From the NCBI RefSeq assembly GCF_006345805.1, contig NW_021836219.1, positions 1 to 24,993 of the forward strand: a stretch of DNA of 24,993 nt, given 5' to 3'. The notes beneath the pieces were generated by a model. The model saw only the letters and a list, made by a program, of their open reading frames with translations. It was not told where the DNA came from and did not search any database. This DNA is from Octopus sinensis. Lineage: Eukaryota. Made by a program: the position numbers and the translations under genes. Positions 8,760 through 19,745 of the stretch are shown here, one piece after another (positions within the stretch are counted from its first letter, which is position 1; each line of letters begins with the position of its first letter).

Positions 8760-8878
8760 TTGTAATTATCGAGCAATGTTTTGTCTCCTCGAAATATGAT
8801 GGAGTCGTATGGTAGTAACATTGTCATGACACACGGCAAAGCTTGGGCATTTTCAGAACCTGGTCTGACAACCGATTT
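8760..8878 (-). CDS. Candidate coding exon, phase 0 to 2: KSVVRPGSENAQALPCVMTMLLPYDSIIFRGDKTLLDNY(K/N)
   Basis: An approximately 80-nt pyrimidine-rich tract on the minus strand ends in ctcgaAG. Donor aa|GTAAAG. 119 nt open. An alternative acceptor lies 15 nt downstream. Product not recognised. Confidence 0.35.
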
Positions 8879-10169
8879 CTTCGAGAAAGACAAACAGAAC
8901 GGAAGGGAGAAGGAGATAGAGGGAGTGAGGAAAAAAAAGCAAAAGAAAGAAGAAAAAAGCGAGAGCAACTTGTCTCACTGAATCGATCCATTATTGCACT
9001 TTTAGTATCGAAATCAAATATTTTTTGCATTCATTTTTAATCAACTTGCTAAACATAGGCCTTTGTCTCGGAGTGAAATTAACCGAAACAAGCTCCTCTC
9101 GTATGTACATTTTTGTTGGCTGAAATAGAGAGTATTTGTTAGTCCTTTGAGCTCGCATCAGTTAATTTGTCGTCATTTGGTGTTTGATAAATTTCACGAA
9201 GGTCTTTCCTTTCCTTTTTGTTGTGGATTCACATCCGGTCGGTAACGAGTTTATAATACGTCCGCTTATTTGCTTATTCAATGTTTATTAATGTATTCCC
9301 GCTGTAAAAGTGTTTATCCAAAAACAAAGCCGCAGTTGCAAGCGATCCATTATCTCCGGAGGAAGCCGTCCTTAACTGAATAAACCGAGCTCCCCCTTTC
9401 ATCGAACTGATAATCATATTAAATAACACACTGATCACCTGACCATCAGGTTGGGTCACGTGATATAGTAAGCATGTATGTAAATCGCGTGGAGCATGCA
9501 ACGTTACTGTACGGATGTTATAGCTTTCGTTGGGGGGAAATAAAGTTCTCTCTCTCTCTCTCTCTCTCTGTTGCTTGATATCAGATATCCTTCCACTCAG
9601 TCCAACATGCTATCCTCGCTCAACAAAAGCAATTACATTTCTGCCGATTCTCATAAACTCCCTGACAGGGTATTTATTCAGCAATAATCCAATTAATACC
9701 TTCATGTTTCAGTGAGGCATACTTAATCGAACAGAAGTTATTTTAGGATTTCTATTGGATTTAATCTCCATTCAGTTTTATTGTTAACAAAATATCGGTC
9801 GCTTACTGCTCTAACGAATAGTATTAAACAGCGCGACTACTTCTAACGTGCAGAAATGTTAAAATCTCTGTACAAAGGACAGAGGGTTTTTTTAATATTC
9901 AATCATTTTCAATTATAACTCGGTTTATTAAAATGTTTTTTAAGTCAATTTTATCAAACAACGTTTTAGGTAGTTTTTCTTTTCTTTTCTTTTTTTTTTC
10001 GCATCTTAGTAACCAGCGATAATCGATTCCAACATGGCTACTTTGCTTCGATCTCGTATATCTCTGACGTAATCCGTCAATTCTGAGAACATCACGAGGA
10101 AGAAAGGGGTTACTGCTGGCAGTTATTTCGTATCATTAACGTTAGAAAAACTCTTGGGATATCAAAGGA

Positions 10170-10345
10170 GGAACCTCCTAGAAATAGCAGTCAAATCTCT
10201 TATAAATTACACTCTAGTGTCATAAAAAATAGGATACCTTGTTTTGTTTAATGTACAAATGCCTTGAAAAATAGGATAGAAATAACAGTGAAATCTCTTC
10301 CACATCATAAAGAAGGACACACTGAATAATGTAATCATAAAAATC
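10170..10345 (+). mobile_element. Family E fragments, two tandem copies of the tagaaata(g/a)cagt(c/g)aaatctct motif about 98 bp apart
   Basis: Motif at about 10178 and about 10277. Confidence 0.55.
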
Positions 10346-10440
10346 TATTTCACAATATATTACTAATGGTCATGGTTGGAAAAACATTAATGATATGTCT
10401 TCGGGATTATTAAAAAAAAATTAGACAACAACCAAAGCAA

Positions 10441-11116
10441 TATCACCACTACCACGACGACGACCACAACCACCATCATCCCACGACCATCACCGCAACC
10501 ACTACTACCACAACCACTATCATTACAGCCACAACAACCACCACGACTACAACTACCACAATAACCACCACCACTACCATCACCAATACAATCACCGTCA
10601 TTACAACCACTACAACCACCACGACCACAACTACCACCACTGCCACAACAACCACCATCACCCCACCACCATCACCACCACTGCCACAACCATTATCATT
10701 ACAGCCACAACCACCATCACCACCACCACCACCACCACCATCACTAATACAACCACCATCATTACAACTACTACAACTACCACTACCATCACCACCACTA
10801 CCACAACCACCACCACCACCACTACCACAACTATAACCACCACCACAACCATCACCACTACAGCCAGCACAACCACTACAACTATCACAACTACCACAAC
10901 TATCACGATCACCACGACTATCATAACTACCACAGCTACCATCACCGCCCCACCACCACCACCACTACAAGCACCATCTCCACCACAACCATAACCACAA
11001 CCATAACCACCACCACAGCCACCACAACCGCTACGACCACTACGACCACTACGGCCATCATGACAATCACCACCACCACCACAACCGCAACCACTACCAC
11101 ACCATCACCATCATTA
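10441..11116. repeat. Degenerate (ACN)n trinucleotide array with higher-order structure
   Basis: ACC/ACT/ACA/ACG/ATC triplets, with register shifts at about 10480, 10660 and 10945. Confidence 0.9.
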
Positions 11117-11139
11117 TCAGTAGAGGAGTCTATATGTAC

Positions 11140-11325
11140 TCGGAAGATCTGCTAGAAATAGAAGACAAATCACCTACGAATCACACGACTCTATTTTAAA
11201 AGCCGAAGTTAGTCCTAGGTATATATTGTGTCTTTGTGGAAGACGGGATAGTCATAGGCGGAACGCCTTCAGTGACAGGTCTGTTGGATCAGGCCTGGCC
11301 TGGGGTTAAATAACAGCTACAATAA
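11140..11325 (+). mobile_element. Family E 3' portion ending gatcaggcctggcctggggttaaataacagc
   Basis: Starts gatctgctagaaatagaagacaaatc. Co-linear in reverse with 21352-21548 plus 21960-22030. Confidence 0.6.
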
Positions 11326-11449
11326 CCTTGTTGTGTTGCTCACAACAAAAACACAACATTGCTGTCATTTAGCGCCAAGTCAGTCCTGATTGAGGGCGCC
11401 CCAGAACCGGGGGAGAGACAAGGGGGTTGATGCCTCCTTAGTCTTTTGT

Positions 11450-11821
11450 TACTACCACCACTACCACAACAACTACCACCACTACCACAACAACCACCAT
11501 CACCACCACTGCCACAACCACTATCATTACAGCCATAACCCCACCACCACCACCACCACCACCACTACCACAACTATAACCACCACCACAACCATCACCA
11601 CTACAGCCAGCACAGCCACCACGACCATCACAACTACCAGAACCATCACGATCACCACGACTATCATAACTACCACAGCTACGATCACCACCACCGAAAC
11701 CACTACCATCACCACCGCCACCACCACCACTACAAGCACCATCTCCACCACAACCATAACCACAACCACCACCACAGCCACCACAACCGCCACGACCACT
11801 ACGACCACTACGGCCACCATG
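11450..11821. repeat. Second degenerate (ACN)n array, largely a copy of 10821-11062
   Basis: Shared anchors actaccacaactataacc (10821/11564) and acgaccactacggcca (11042/11801). Confidence 0.9.
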
Positions 11822-12200
11822 GGGTTAAAGGAGAAAATAATGCGTTTAAAAAAAAAATACAATTCAATTCCGTTTTATGATAAACCAAAATCAAATCGAT
11901 AAATTAATAAATAAATAAGAATTTTGTCACACAGTGTATTGATTTGATTGATCTCGATCGTGTTTACATCACGCAAGCCACGACAATGCGAACCACGTGT
12001 ATGAAGCTAATTTATATTGCTGGCGTTGTTGTTTATGGATTATCAGTTACCAGGCAACAGCAGCAAGGACTATAACCAATGGTAGTAATATTTAAAATTC
12101 TGAAGTGCAAAACATGATTGTTGTTATCAAGGCCGAGTCGTCAGTCGTAAGACATCTAACGTTGCTAAAGGGCAACTAAGAAATGTCAACAATGTTTTTT

Positions 12201-13143
12201 GGATCTTTTCATTTTGAAGGCCAGATTTTCCTAGTTAACTAAACAATTTGAAACTTCGTATACTGGTAGAATGTGTCAAAAGAAAACATTATTGTAAACA
12301 AAATTGAAAACAAAATTGTAATTCATAACTTAAACGTAGTTTAATTTTAAGAATTTTAACCAATGAAATCGCAGCATTCGAGCTCAAATTATTTACCTCT
12401 TCTTCTGTCTTCTACATGTGCTAGAAATAACAGCTATATCTCTTAAATCGATTAATTTCGTCGCCCAATAAAAATATTAACGATATTTTTTGAATATTTT
12501 CTTTATTTTTTTTTTTACCGAAAAGGCTTCTCCCATGGTTTTGAAGGGCCAGAAACAACAAAAACAAAACAATAATATGCCTAAATCGGTCTCGAGTTTG
12601 CGTATGGAGTGTGAGTCGTATTGTAAAAATTTGCGAAATATTTTTTCATAAAAGGATGCCCCCAGCTTGTCGGAAGCTGTGATATAAATTGGGAAAAAAA
12701 TCCTCGACACAAGTGCGTAATTGGTACTTAATTTATCGACCCCGAAACGATGAAACATTGACCCCACCCCCCTTCTGTGCAAATTTGTTGCGGCAAGTGG
12801 CAAAACACAACGTGTATTTTTGCTTGTGTGCGTATGTGTGTGTATGTATATGTCCGTTTGTATGTGTGTGTACGCTTATATATTAATTACTATGTGCTTG
12901 TGCAAATGTGTGTGTGTATGTGTGTCGTGTGTGTCGTGCGTCTGCTATATTTCTTTATCAATATCGATAACGCAGCAATGTTGGGATTTCATTGGTTAAA
13001 ATTCGTAAAAATTAAACTACGTTTAAGTTACAAATTACAATTTTGTTTACAATAATGTTTTCTTTTGACACATTCTACCAGTATACGAAGTTTCAAATTT
13101 TTTAGTTAACTAGGAAAATCTGGCCTTCAAAAAGAAAAGATCC
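12201..13143. mobile_element. Foldback / Mutator-like non-autonomous DNA transposon with about 170-bp TIRs and 8-bp TSD
   Basis: 12201-12378 is the reverse complement of 12977-13143 (the left arm carries an extra aaacaaaattg). Identical flanks TGTTTTTT at 12193-12200 and 13144-13151. Termini GGATC...GATCC. Confidence 0.8.
12700..12765 (-). mobile_element. SINE D central-domain fragment inside the foldback element
   Basis: ctcgacacaagtgcgtaattggtacttaatttatcgaccccgaaacgatgaaa is the reverse complement of the D central domain. Confidence 0.65.
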
Positions 13144-13223
13144 TGTTTTTTTCGTGTCTCAGAGATTTTGGTGCACAAACTGATGTAACGCTCCAAGTGT
13201 CAAATTTATCGTGTAAGTAGTGT

Positions 13224-13531
13224 GACGGTGCGTGGTTTAGAGGTTCGGGCATTCGGTTCGCAATTATAAGGTCGGGAGTTCGATTCTTGGCCACGCGTTG
13301 TGTCCTTGAGCAAGATACTTTATTTCTCGTTTTTTTCAGTTCCCTAACCCGGGGAAAACGAATAGTACCTGCATTTCAAAGGTCCAGCCTTATCACATTC
13401 TCTGTCACGCTGAATTTCCCTGTGTCTGTGGAGTGCTCAGCCACTTGCACGTTAATTTCACGAGCAGGGTGTTCAGTTAATCGTTGATCAGATCAAGTGG
13501 AATCCTCGTCGTCGTAACTGACAGAGAGCCA
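13224..13531 (+). mobile_element. Mosaic SINE: C-type tRNA/CORE-like head with family B 3' tail
   Basis: Head gggagttcgattctt...gtgtccttgagcaagatactttatttc as in family C. Tail gtacctgcatttcaaagg...gtgtctgtggagtgctcagccacttgcacgttaatttcacgagcagg...cctcgtcgtcgtaac as in family B. Confidence 0.8.
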
Positions 13532-14087
13532 GCCTTTTTAAAGATACTTCGGTCCAAACAACTGATTTTTCTGTTTGCGAGTAAAATCGCATTTACTTGT
13601 GAAGCACAAAACACATAGCGATTCGTCTTTTACTGTGATTAGCGAGTTAAGAAGAGAGAAGAGATTCTGCTCTATTACTATAATCTGGATCCGTGGTGCG
13701 GAAACGGCTTCCATGCAAAATATTAGTCCGTACACCAACGAAACATAGAACTTAAAAGGGTTGGTGAGTTGTATAGCACTGACTTCTATTCTCTGTTTGA
13801 TAAATTTAAAGCAGTTTCAATGCTCTCAATTTTCCAAATTTTAGTCTCGTGGTAACGATCTACTAATACTGGCGCTGGTACATAAAATATATAGAGTATT
13901 GCTATCATACGTAAGCAAAAGTGCACAGCCAGAAAAAAAAATTTTCTAAGTATTATTTACAGATAAATATGTATTCTGCAGATTGAATACCAAATATAAT
14001 CCAGTGAACACATCTGTTTATATAACAAAGAGTGTGCACAGCAATTAAAATACTTATTCTACTCAAGGCAAAAGGCCCGAAATTTTG

Positions 14088-14094
14088 GACAGAC

Positions 14095-14149
<55 letters not shown>

Positions 14150-14239
14150 GATAGATAGATAGATAGATAGATAGGTAGGTAGGTAGGTAGGTAGGTAGAT
14201 AGATAGATAGATAGATAGATAGGTAGATAGGTAGGTAGG

Positions 14240-14314
<75 letters not shown>
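14088..14314. repeat. (GATA)n/(GGTA)n tetranucleotide microsatellite
   Basis: Read directly. Confidence 0.97.
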
Positions 14315-14517
14315 GCAAGACGTATTTCTTAGTTATTTTAGAATAATATTTTGTGTATTGTAAAAGTATGACCAATCTATTGCTCGTAATTTTTTGCAAC
14401 AGAAAAACGCCATATGGACCCCGGTTGAAAACCACTGGGCTGGACTAAGTGAGTGGTGGGGTGGAGGTAGCTTTATGCCTGGTGCTGTGAGGCTAAAGTG
14501 TGATAGAGGGATGAGTG

Positions 14518-14549
<32 letters not shown>

Positions 14550-14576
14550 AATATATACACACACATACATATATAT

Positions 14577-14778
14577 GTGACCGCGTGTGTACCGTTGGCG
14601 ATTTTTTCCTCCGTCTTCCCTTCTCTGGATCTTTCCTTCTCCTATGTTTCCGACGAAGAGCTCCGCTCGAAACGTTAAACCCTCCTTCTTTCCTTCCTTC
14701 CTGAGCGTCCAATAATACTACATTTGTTCCACGTCCTCGCGTTGTTGTGTTTTTTTGTGCGTTCATGTTTGGATTAAC
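14577..14778 (+). mobile_element. Penelope-like terminal-repeat fragment between (CA)/(TA) microsatellites
   Basis: Contains gaagagctccgctcgaaacgtt, a hammerhead-like core. Pyrimidine-rich body. The same architecture occurs at 17707-17890. The PLE class is inferred from the motif. Confidence 0.6.
14646..14680 (+). ncRNA. Minimal type-I hammerhead ribozyme-like motif (core variant U4C)
   Basis: GUUU-CCGACGA-A-GAGC-UCC-GCUC-GAAA-CGU-U-AAAC. Helix I GUUU/AAAC, helix II GAGC/GCUC, palindromic ACGU helix III, core CUGANGA with one substitution. Confidence 0.6.
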
Positions 14779-15080
<302 letters not shown>

Positions 15081-15088
15081 ATATGACA

Positions 15089-15270
15089 CAATCGTTAGCA
15101 CGACGGGCAATATGCTTAGCGGTATTTCGTCTGTCTTTACAGTTTGAGTTCAAATTCTGCCGAGGTCGACTTTGTCTTTCACCCTTTCGAGGTCGATAAA
15201 TTAAGTACCAGTGAAACACTGGGGTCGATGTAACCCCAACATTTCAGGCCTTGTGCCTTTAGTAGAAAGG
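15089..15270 (+). mobile_element. SINE family D copy, tail agtagaaagg followed by (ATT)n to 15366
   Basis: Co-linear with 4065-4273. Confidence 0.85.
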
Positions 15271-15307
15271 ATTACTACTATCATCATCATCATCATCATT
15301 ATTACTA

Positions 15308-15367
<60 letters not shown>

Positions 15368-15533
15368 GGGTTTTCGGAAAAGATTATCCAAAACCAGTTA
15401 GCTCTTGAACTATATATATTTCCTGCTCACGATGTGGTAATGGAGATTTGGTGTATTACAAAACGTTCATTATTTCTCTCTGCAAGTCTTTGCTAAATTG
15501 GGAAAATTTCGAGTGTTTAAATGTATATGTATG

Positions 15534-15571
<38 letters not shown>

Positions 15572-16047
15572 TGTGTGTGTGTGCTTGTTTTTGTTTCTTT
15601 AAATATTTCTGTTTCTTTTCTAAATACTTATCTTGCGTTCGCTATCTACCGTCGTAGCTCTCTCTCTCCCACAATCTGACGAAAGCTTCTCTCTGCCTAA
15701 AACTCCCTTCCTCTCCTTCAACCTCGCAAAAGACCCCCTGAAACTACTTAAATGAAAAAAAATATATATATATAGCAAAGAAAAGAAGCTCCCTAAAAAT
15801 CAACAACGAAAAAAAAAAGAAAGAAAAACAATGAAATATGAAAACAACAAAAAACAAATGCCATTCTCTCCATCTTAAACCGGAAACTAAAACGACATGT
15901 TCGTGAGGTTCACACCGACAGGGGGTGCTTCAATCGTTTAGCAATTTTTTTGAATGAGACTCGAGTCCGCTAGCTGATCGTAACTACTGCTTGTCTTACA
16001 ATGGCTTCCCAAAAGTGCTGTTAGCAATAGCATTTCCGGGGCCTTAC

Positions 16048-16082
16048 AGAGTTTCATCTCGAACGCCAGCAAAACGATGAGT
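16048..16082 (-). CDS. Candidate short exon (35 nt to donor GTAAGG: THRFAGVRDETL; or 83 nt to donor GTAAGA with exon end 16000: LIVLLAFEMKLCKAPEMLLLTALLGSH)
   Basis: Minus-strand acceptor ctacactctcttcctcttctaaAG (AG at 16084-16083) and two strong GTAAG donors. Product not recognised. Confidence 0.3.
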
Positions 16083-16329
16083 CTTTAGAAGAGGAAGAGA
16101 GTGTAGCAGTCTACCTTACAACATACAGTAAACGAAAAACCCTGCATTACATCGCCAGAAGCACATTATCGACAAAATACTGCATAATTACTGCCAAAAG
16201 AAACACATTTAACTCGGTCTGTATTCGTGTGTGTGTGTCTCTCTGGGTGTATGCGCATGTCTTTATGTGTGCGTTATTTGCGTATATTAATTTTGGTGAA
16301 TATACATATTAAATGTTACATATATAAGT

Positions 16330-16469
16330 CATATGTATCTGTGTTGTGAGTGTGTATATATGTATATCTGTTTGTCTGTATGTATGCATATATGTACATA
16401 CATACATATATACACATAGATACACAAATATATGTACATGTGCTTGTGAATGAATATCTGTATATTCAC

Positions 16470-16519
<50 letters not shown>

Positions 16520-16790
16520 GTATAGCCATGGCGTATATATTACAAATTTGCATGTAAATATGTGTGTATGAATGTGTGCGCGTATATGTGTTTGTGTGTG
16601 TTTTCGTATGTGTATGCGTATGCATAAATTTAGGTGCATGTATATATATTTTTGATATATGTATGTATAAAGAATGAAATATACACACTTACTCTCACAC
16701 TTATACACACAGACACTTATACACACACACTCATACTCTTATAGATACATATACATACACATATATACACATATATATTTACACAAAGAT
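16330..16790. repeat. Mixed (TA)/(TG)/(TATG)/(CA) low-complexity region
   Basis: Read directly. Confidence 0.9.
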
Positions 16791-17388
16791 CGATATAGTA
16801 GTAATTATGTCTCGTTATATGTAACTAGACATGATTCTTCACCAACACCACCTCCTTTATGGGACCCAGCAACCACACCTTCCATATTTCAGCTGCACCT
16901 CGGCCAACGTCATCGTTTTTTCTGAGATGTATTCTATACATTCTATGTAGAGAATGTACTCTAGGCATTCTCGGTGCCTCGTGTATCGATCAAACTGGCT
17001 GGTGTTTGGCTGAGCGATTCACGGTTATCCGCAAGACATTCAGTTCGGCAATAAACCATCTGTCTCTCGCCCTTTTCGCTCCGCGGTCCACGCGACATAC
17101 CATCTATCCGTGTTTGACTCTACACACAGGATCTTCGTACTCAAAATCTCGCCGAAAGTAGTGATTTATATTTTCTCTTCAAACCTTCACTCCTTTCTGT
17201 CTTAAATCACAACCAATCCGTCTTTAACAATACCACCGAGAATCCATAGACACGCGCATATTTACGCATATGCTGATAGGCAAAAATCCCACCACGCACA
17301 CAACGCAACCATATACATTCCTAACATTATGGTGGGTCAAATTTGGAAACAAAAACAGGACAGTAGCGACATACAAGGAAACCGAACA

Positions 17389-17389
<1 letters not shown>

Positions 17390-17453
<64 letters not shown>

Positions 17454-17469
17454 TATATATTATATATAT

Positions 17470-17509
<40 letters not shown>

Positions 17510-17538
17510 CATATATATATATACATATATATTATATA

Positions 17539-17600
<62 letters not shown>
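17390..17600. repeat. Long (TA)n microsatellite
   Basis: About 200 bp of alternating AT with single-base slips. Confidence 0.97.
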
Positions 17601-17603
<3 letters not shown>

Positions 17604-17706
17604 CAGAGATCATATATCCGAAAAAGAAACACAACCTAAAGGATATAGCAGTAATGTATTAACAAGCAGTTAAATATGTCCGGTTATGTGCGTGCGTGTG
17701 TGTGTG

Positions 17707-17890
17707 TAACGATAACCACTACACATTCTTTATTTTCTCTCCTTGTTGCTTTCTGCGTTCCTTCCTGTGGAAGAGCGTAGGTTCGAAACGTTAACAACTT
17801 TTTTAATTCCCGAGCGTTATACTAATACATCTGTTTGTTGTCTACACCACCTGTCTTCGTATTTTGTTTGCTTTTTCGTTAAGTCTCCCT
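17707..17890 (+). mobile_element. Second Penelope-like terminal-repeat fragment with degenerate hammerhead-like core (17765-17792)
   Basis: ctgtgga-a-gagc-gtag-gttc-gaaa-cgtt, between (TG)n and (TA)n arrays. Confidence 0.5.
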
Positions 17891-17900
17891 ATATAAATAT

Positions 17901-17950
<50 letters not shown>

Positions 17951-18431
17951 TATATATATGTGTATATATATATATATATATATAATATATATATATATGT
18001 GTATATATATACACACACACACACATATACACACTGTTCGAGAAAGATGTATAAGCGGAAACTTCGAAGTTACTGTCAACTTTTTCCTGTACAAAGCTTT
18101 AAGTAATCCTTCAGTTTAATATTAAATTTATCATATATATATAAAACATGTATTAATGTATGTGCGTGTGTGTGCGCGCGCGCTTTGTGTATGTGTGTGC
18201 CTGTGTGTGTAAGTGTGGTATTCCTAAGTAACTAAAACGCGTATGCAATATTGTCATTCGCTGACGTCATCACATAAGTCAGTTCTGTCGTACACAAGTG
18301 TTTTTATCCTTTTATATTCCGTCTCTCACTCACTCACTCACACACTCACTGTATGACCTCAATTAGCTCCTATATATATATATATGTTTTTTTTTCTGTA
18401 TTCATGCATTTGTATGCATAATTGCTGTGCA

Positions 18432-18748
18432 GGGCGGCGAGCTGGTGGAAACGTTAGCACGCCGGGCGAAATGCTTAGCGGTATTTCGTCTGCCGCTACG
18501 TTCTGAGTTCAAATTCCGCCGAGGTCGTCTTTGCCTTTCATCCTTTCGGGGTCGATTAAATAAGTACCAGTTACGCACTGGGGTCGATATAATCGACTTA
18601 ATCCGTTTGCCTGTCCTTGTTTGTCCTCTCTGTGTTTAGCCCCTTGTGGGTAGTAAAGAAATAGGTATTGCGTTTGTCGCTACATTCTGAGTTCAAATTC
18701 CGCCGAGGCCGACTTTGCCTTTTATCCTTTCGAGGTCGATAAATTGCG
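18432..18748 (+). mobile_element. SINE family D with tail ctgtgtttagccccttgtgggtagtaaagaaata, followed by a second partial unit restarting at ggtatt (18664)
   Basis: 18480-18570 is repeated at 18664-18748 (period 184 bp). Confidence 0.9.
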
Positions 18749-19389
18749 TACTGGGTTCGATCGAACAGCTGTTGTCGCGTGTAGGACGGGCCCGCTTATC
18801 GGCCGAGTCTATCGTGAATATTGTTCCACCACCTTCCTTTAAACGGGAAGGGAAAACGGTTTTCGTTACGCTGATGGCTATGGCGAAAGAATGTGTGTGG
18901 TGGACGCGTTTGAAGGGACTGCAAACAAACACCTTCCTCTCTGGTCAGTCTCACGTCAACTTTTTCAAGTACCACTTGAAAAGGAGGATGAGAATAGAGA
19001 GGAAGGCTTTGTCGAACGAATGTTTTAATAAAAAGTGGGTAAAAGTGGCAAAAATGGTAAGTATGAAAGACAACACTATTTTAAGCGTAAATCTGTGACC
19101 AAAAGAGACAACGAGAGGTAAGGCGACTTATCATGTGTTCATTTTCGAACTGTCTGAGGTGACCTTAGTCTTTTTTGTAGGTTTTTGTTTCCAGGGCTAC
19201 ACCTAAACTGTGAACTTTATATATATATATATATTATATTTTTATACACCACACAACCCACAGATCCCTATTGATTGAACGTTTCTTTTTCTTTGTGTCC
19301 CACCCATCCCACCTCGAAAAGAAAAAACTCTACATTGTATTTCGTCCATTTTTATTCTGTGTTTAGCCCTGTGTGGCCACAATAAAAAG
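18746..19389 (+). mobile_element. 5'-truncated L1/Tx1-clade LINE: ORF2 C-terminus (stop 19096-19098) plus 3' UTR ending aataaaaag
   Basis: Open frame ...GKTVFVTLMAMAKECVWWTRLKG...VNFFKYHLKRRMRIERKALSNECFNKKWVKVAKM... The AKxxVWxxR motif resembles the WxxR motif near the C-terminus of L1/Tx1 ORF2 proteins. A-rich end. Clade assignment is by recall, not search. Confidence 0.6.
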
Positions 19390-19390
<1 letters not shown>

Positions 19391-19454
<64 letters not shown>

Positions 19455-19609
19455 AGTCTGTCTGTCTTCTGTCTATCTACCAGCATGCCTGTCTGTCTGT
19501 CTATCTGTCTACTTGTCTATCTCTCTGTCTGTTTGTCTGTCTGTCTATCTTTCCGTCGGTCTCTTTATCTGTCTTTTTGTCTCTCTGTCAATCTATTTGT
19601 CTGTCTGTT

Positions 19610-19660
<51 letters not shown>

Positions 19661-19745
19661 CTATATCGTCTTCTGTCTGTCTGTCTGTCTCTCTGTCAGT
19701 CTGTCTGCCTGTCTGTGTGTCTGTCAGTCTGTCTGAATGCCTGCT
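19391..19745. repeat. (TATC)n/(TGTC)n/(TC)n compound microsatellite
   Basis: Read directly. Confidence 0.95.

Noticed and set aside
11390-11902. 170-aa Thr-rich mucin-like ORF
   Set aside because: It starts at TTG inside family E sequence and duplicates a frameshifted array upstream. Treated as a repeat pending expression data.
13640-13769. Perfect plus-strand donor GTGAGT at 13764
   Set aside because: All three upstream frames hit stops within about 40 nt, and only a weak acceptor is available.
19057-19062. Perfect donor atg|GTAAGT
   Set aside because: It lies within the continuous LINE ORF2 frame, which reads through to its stop at 19098.
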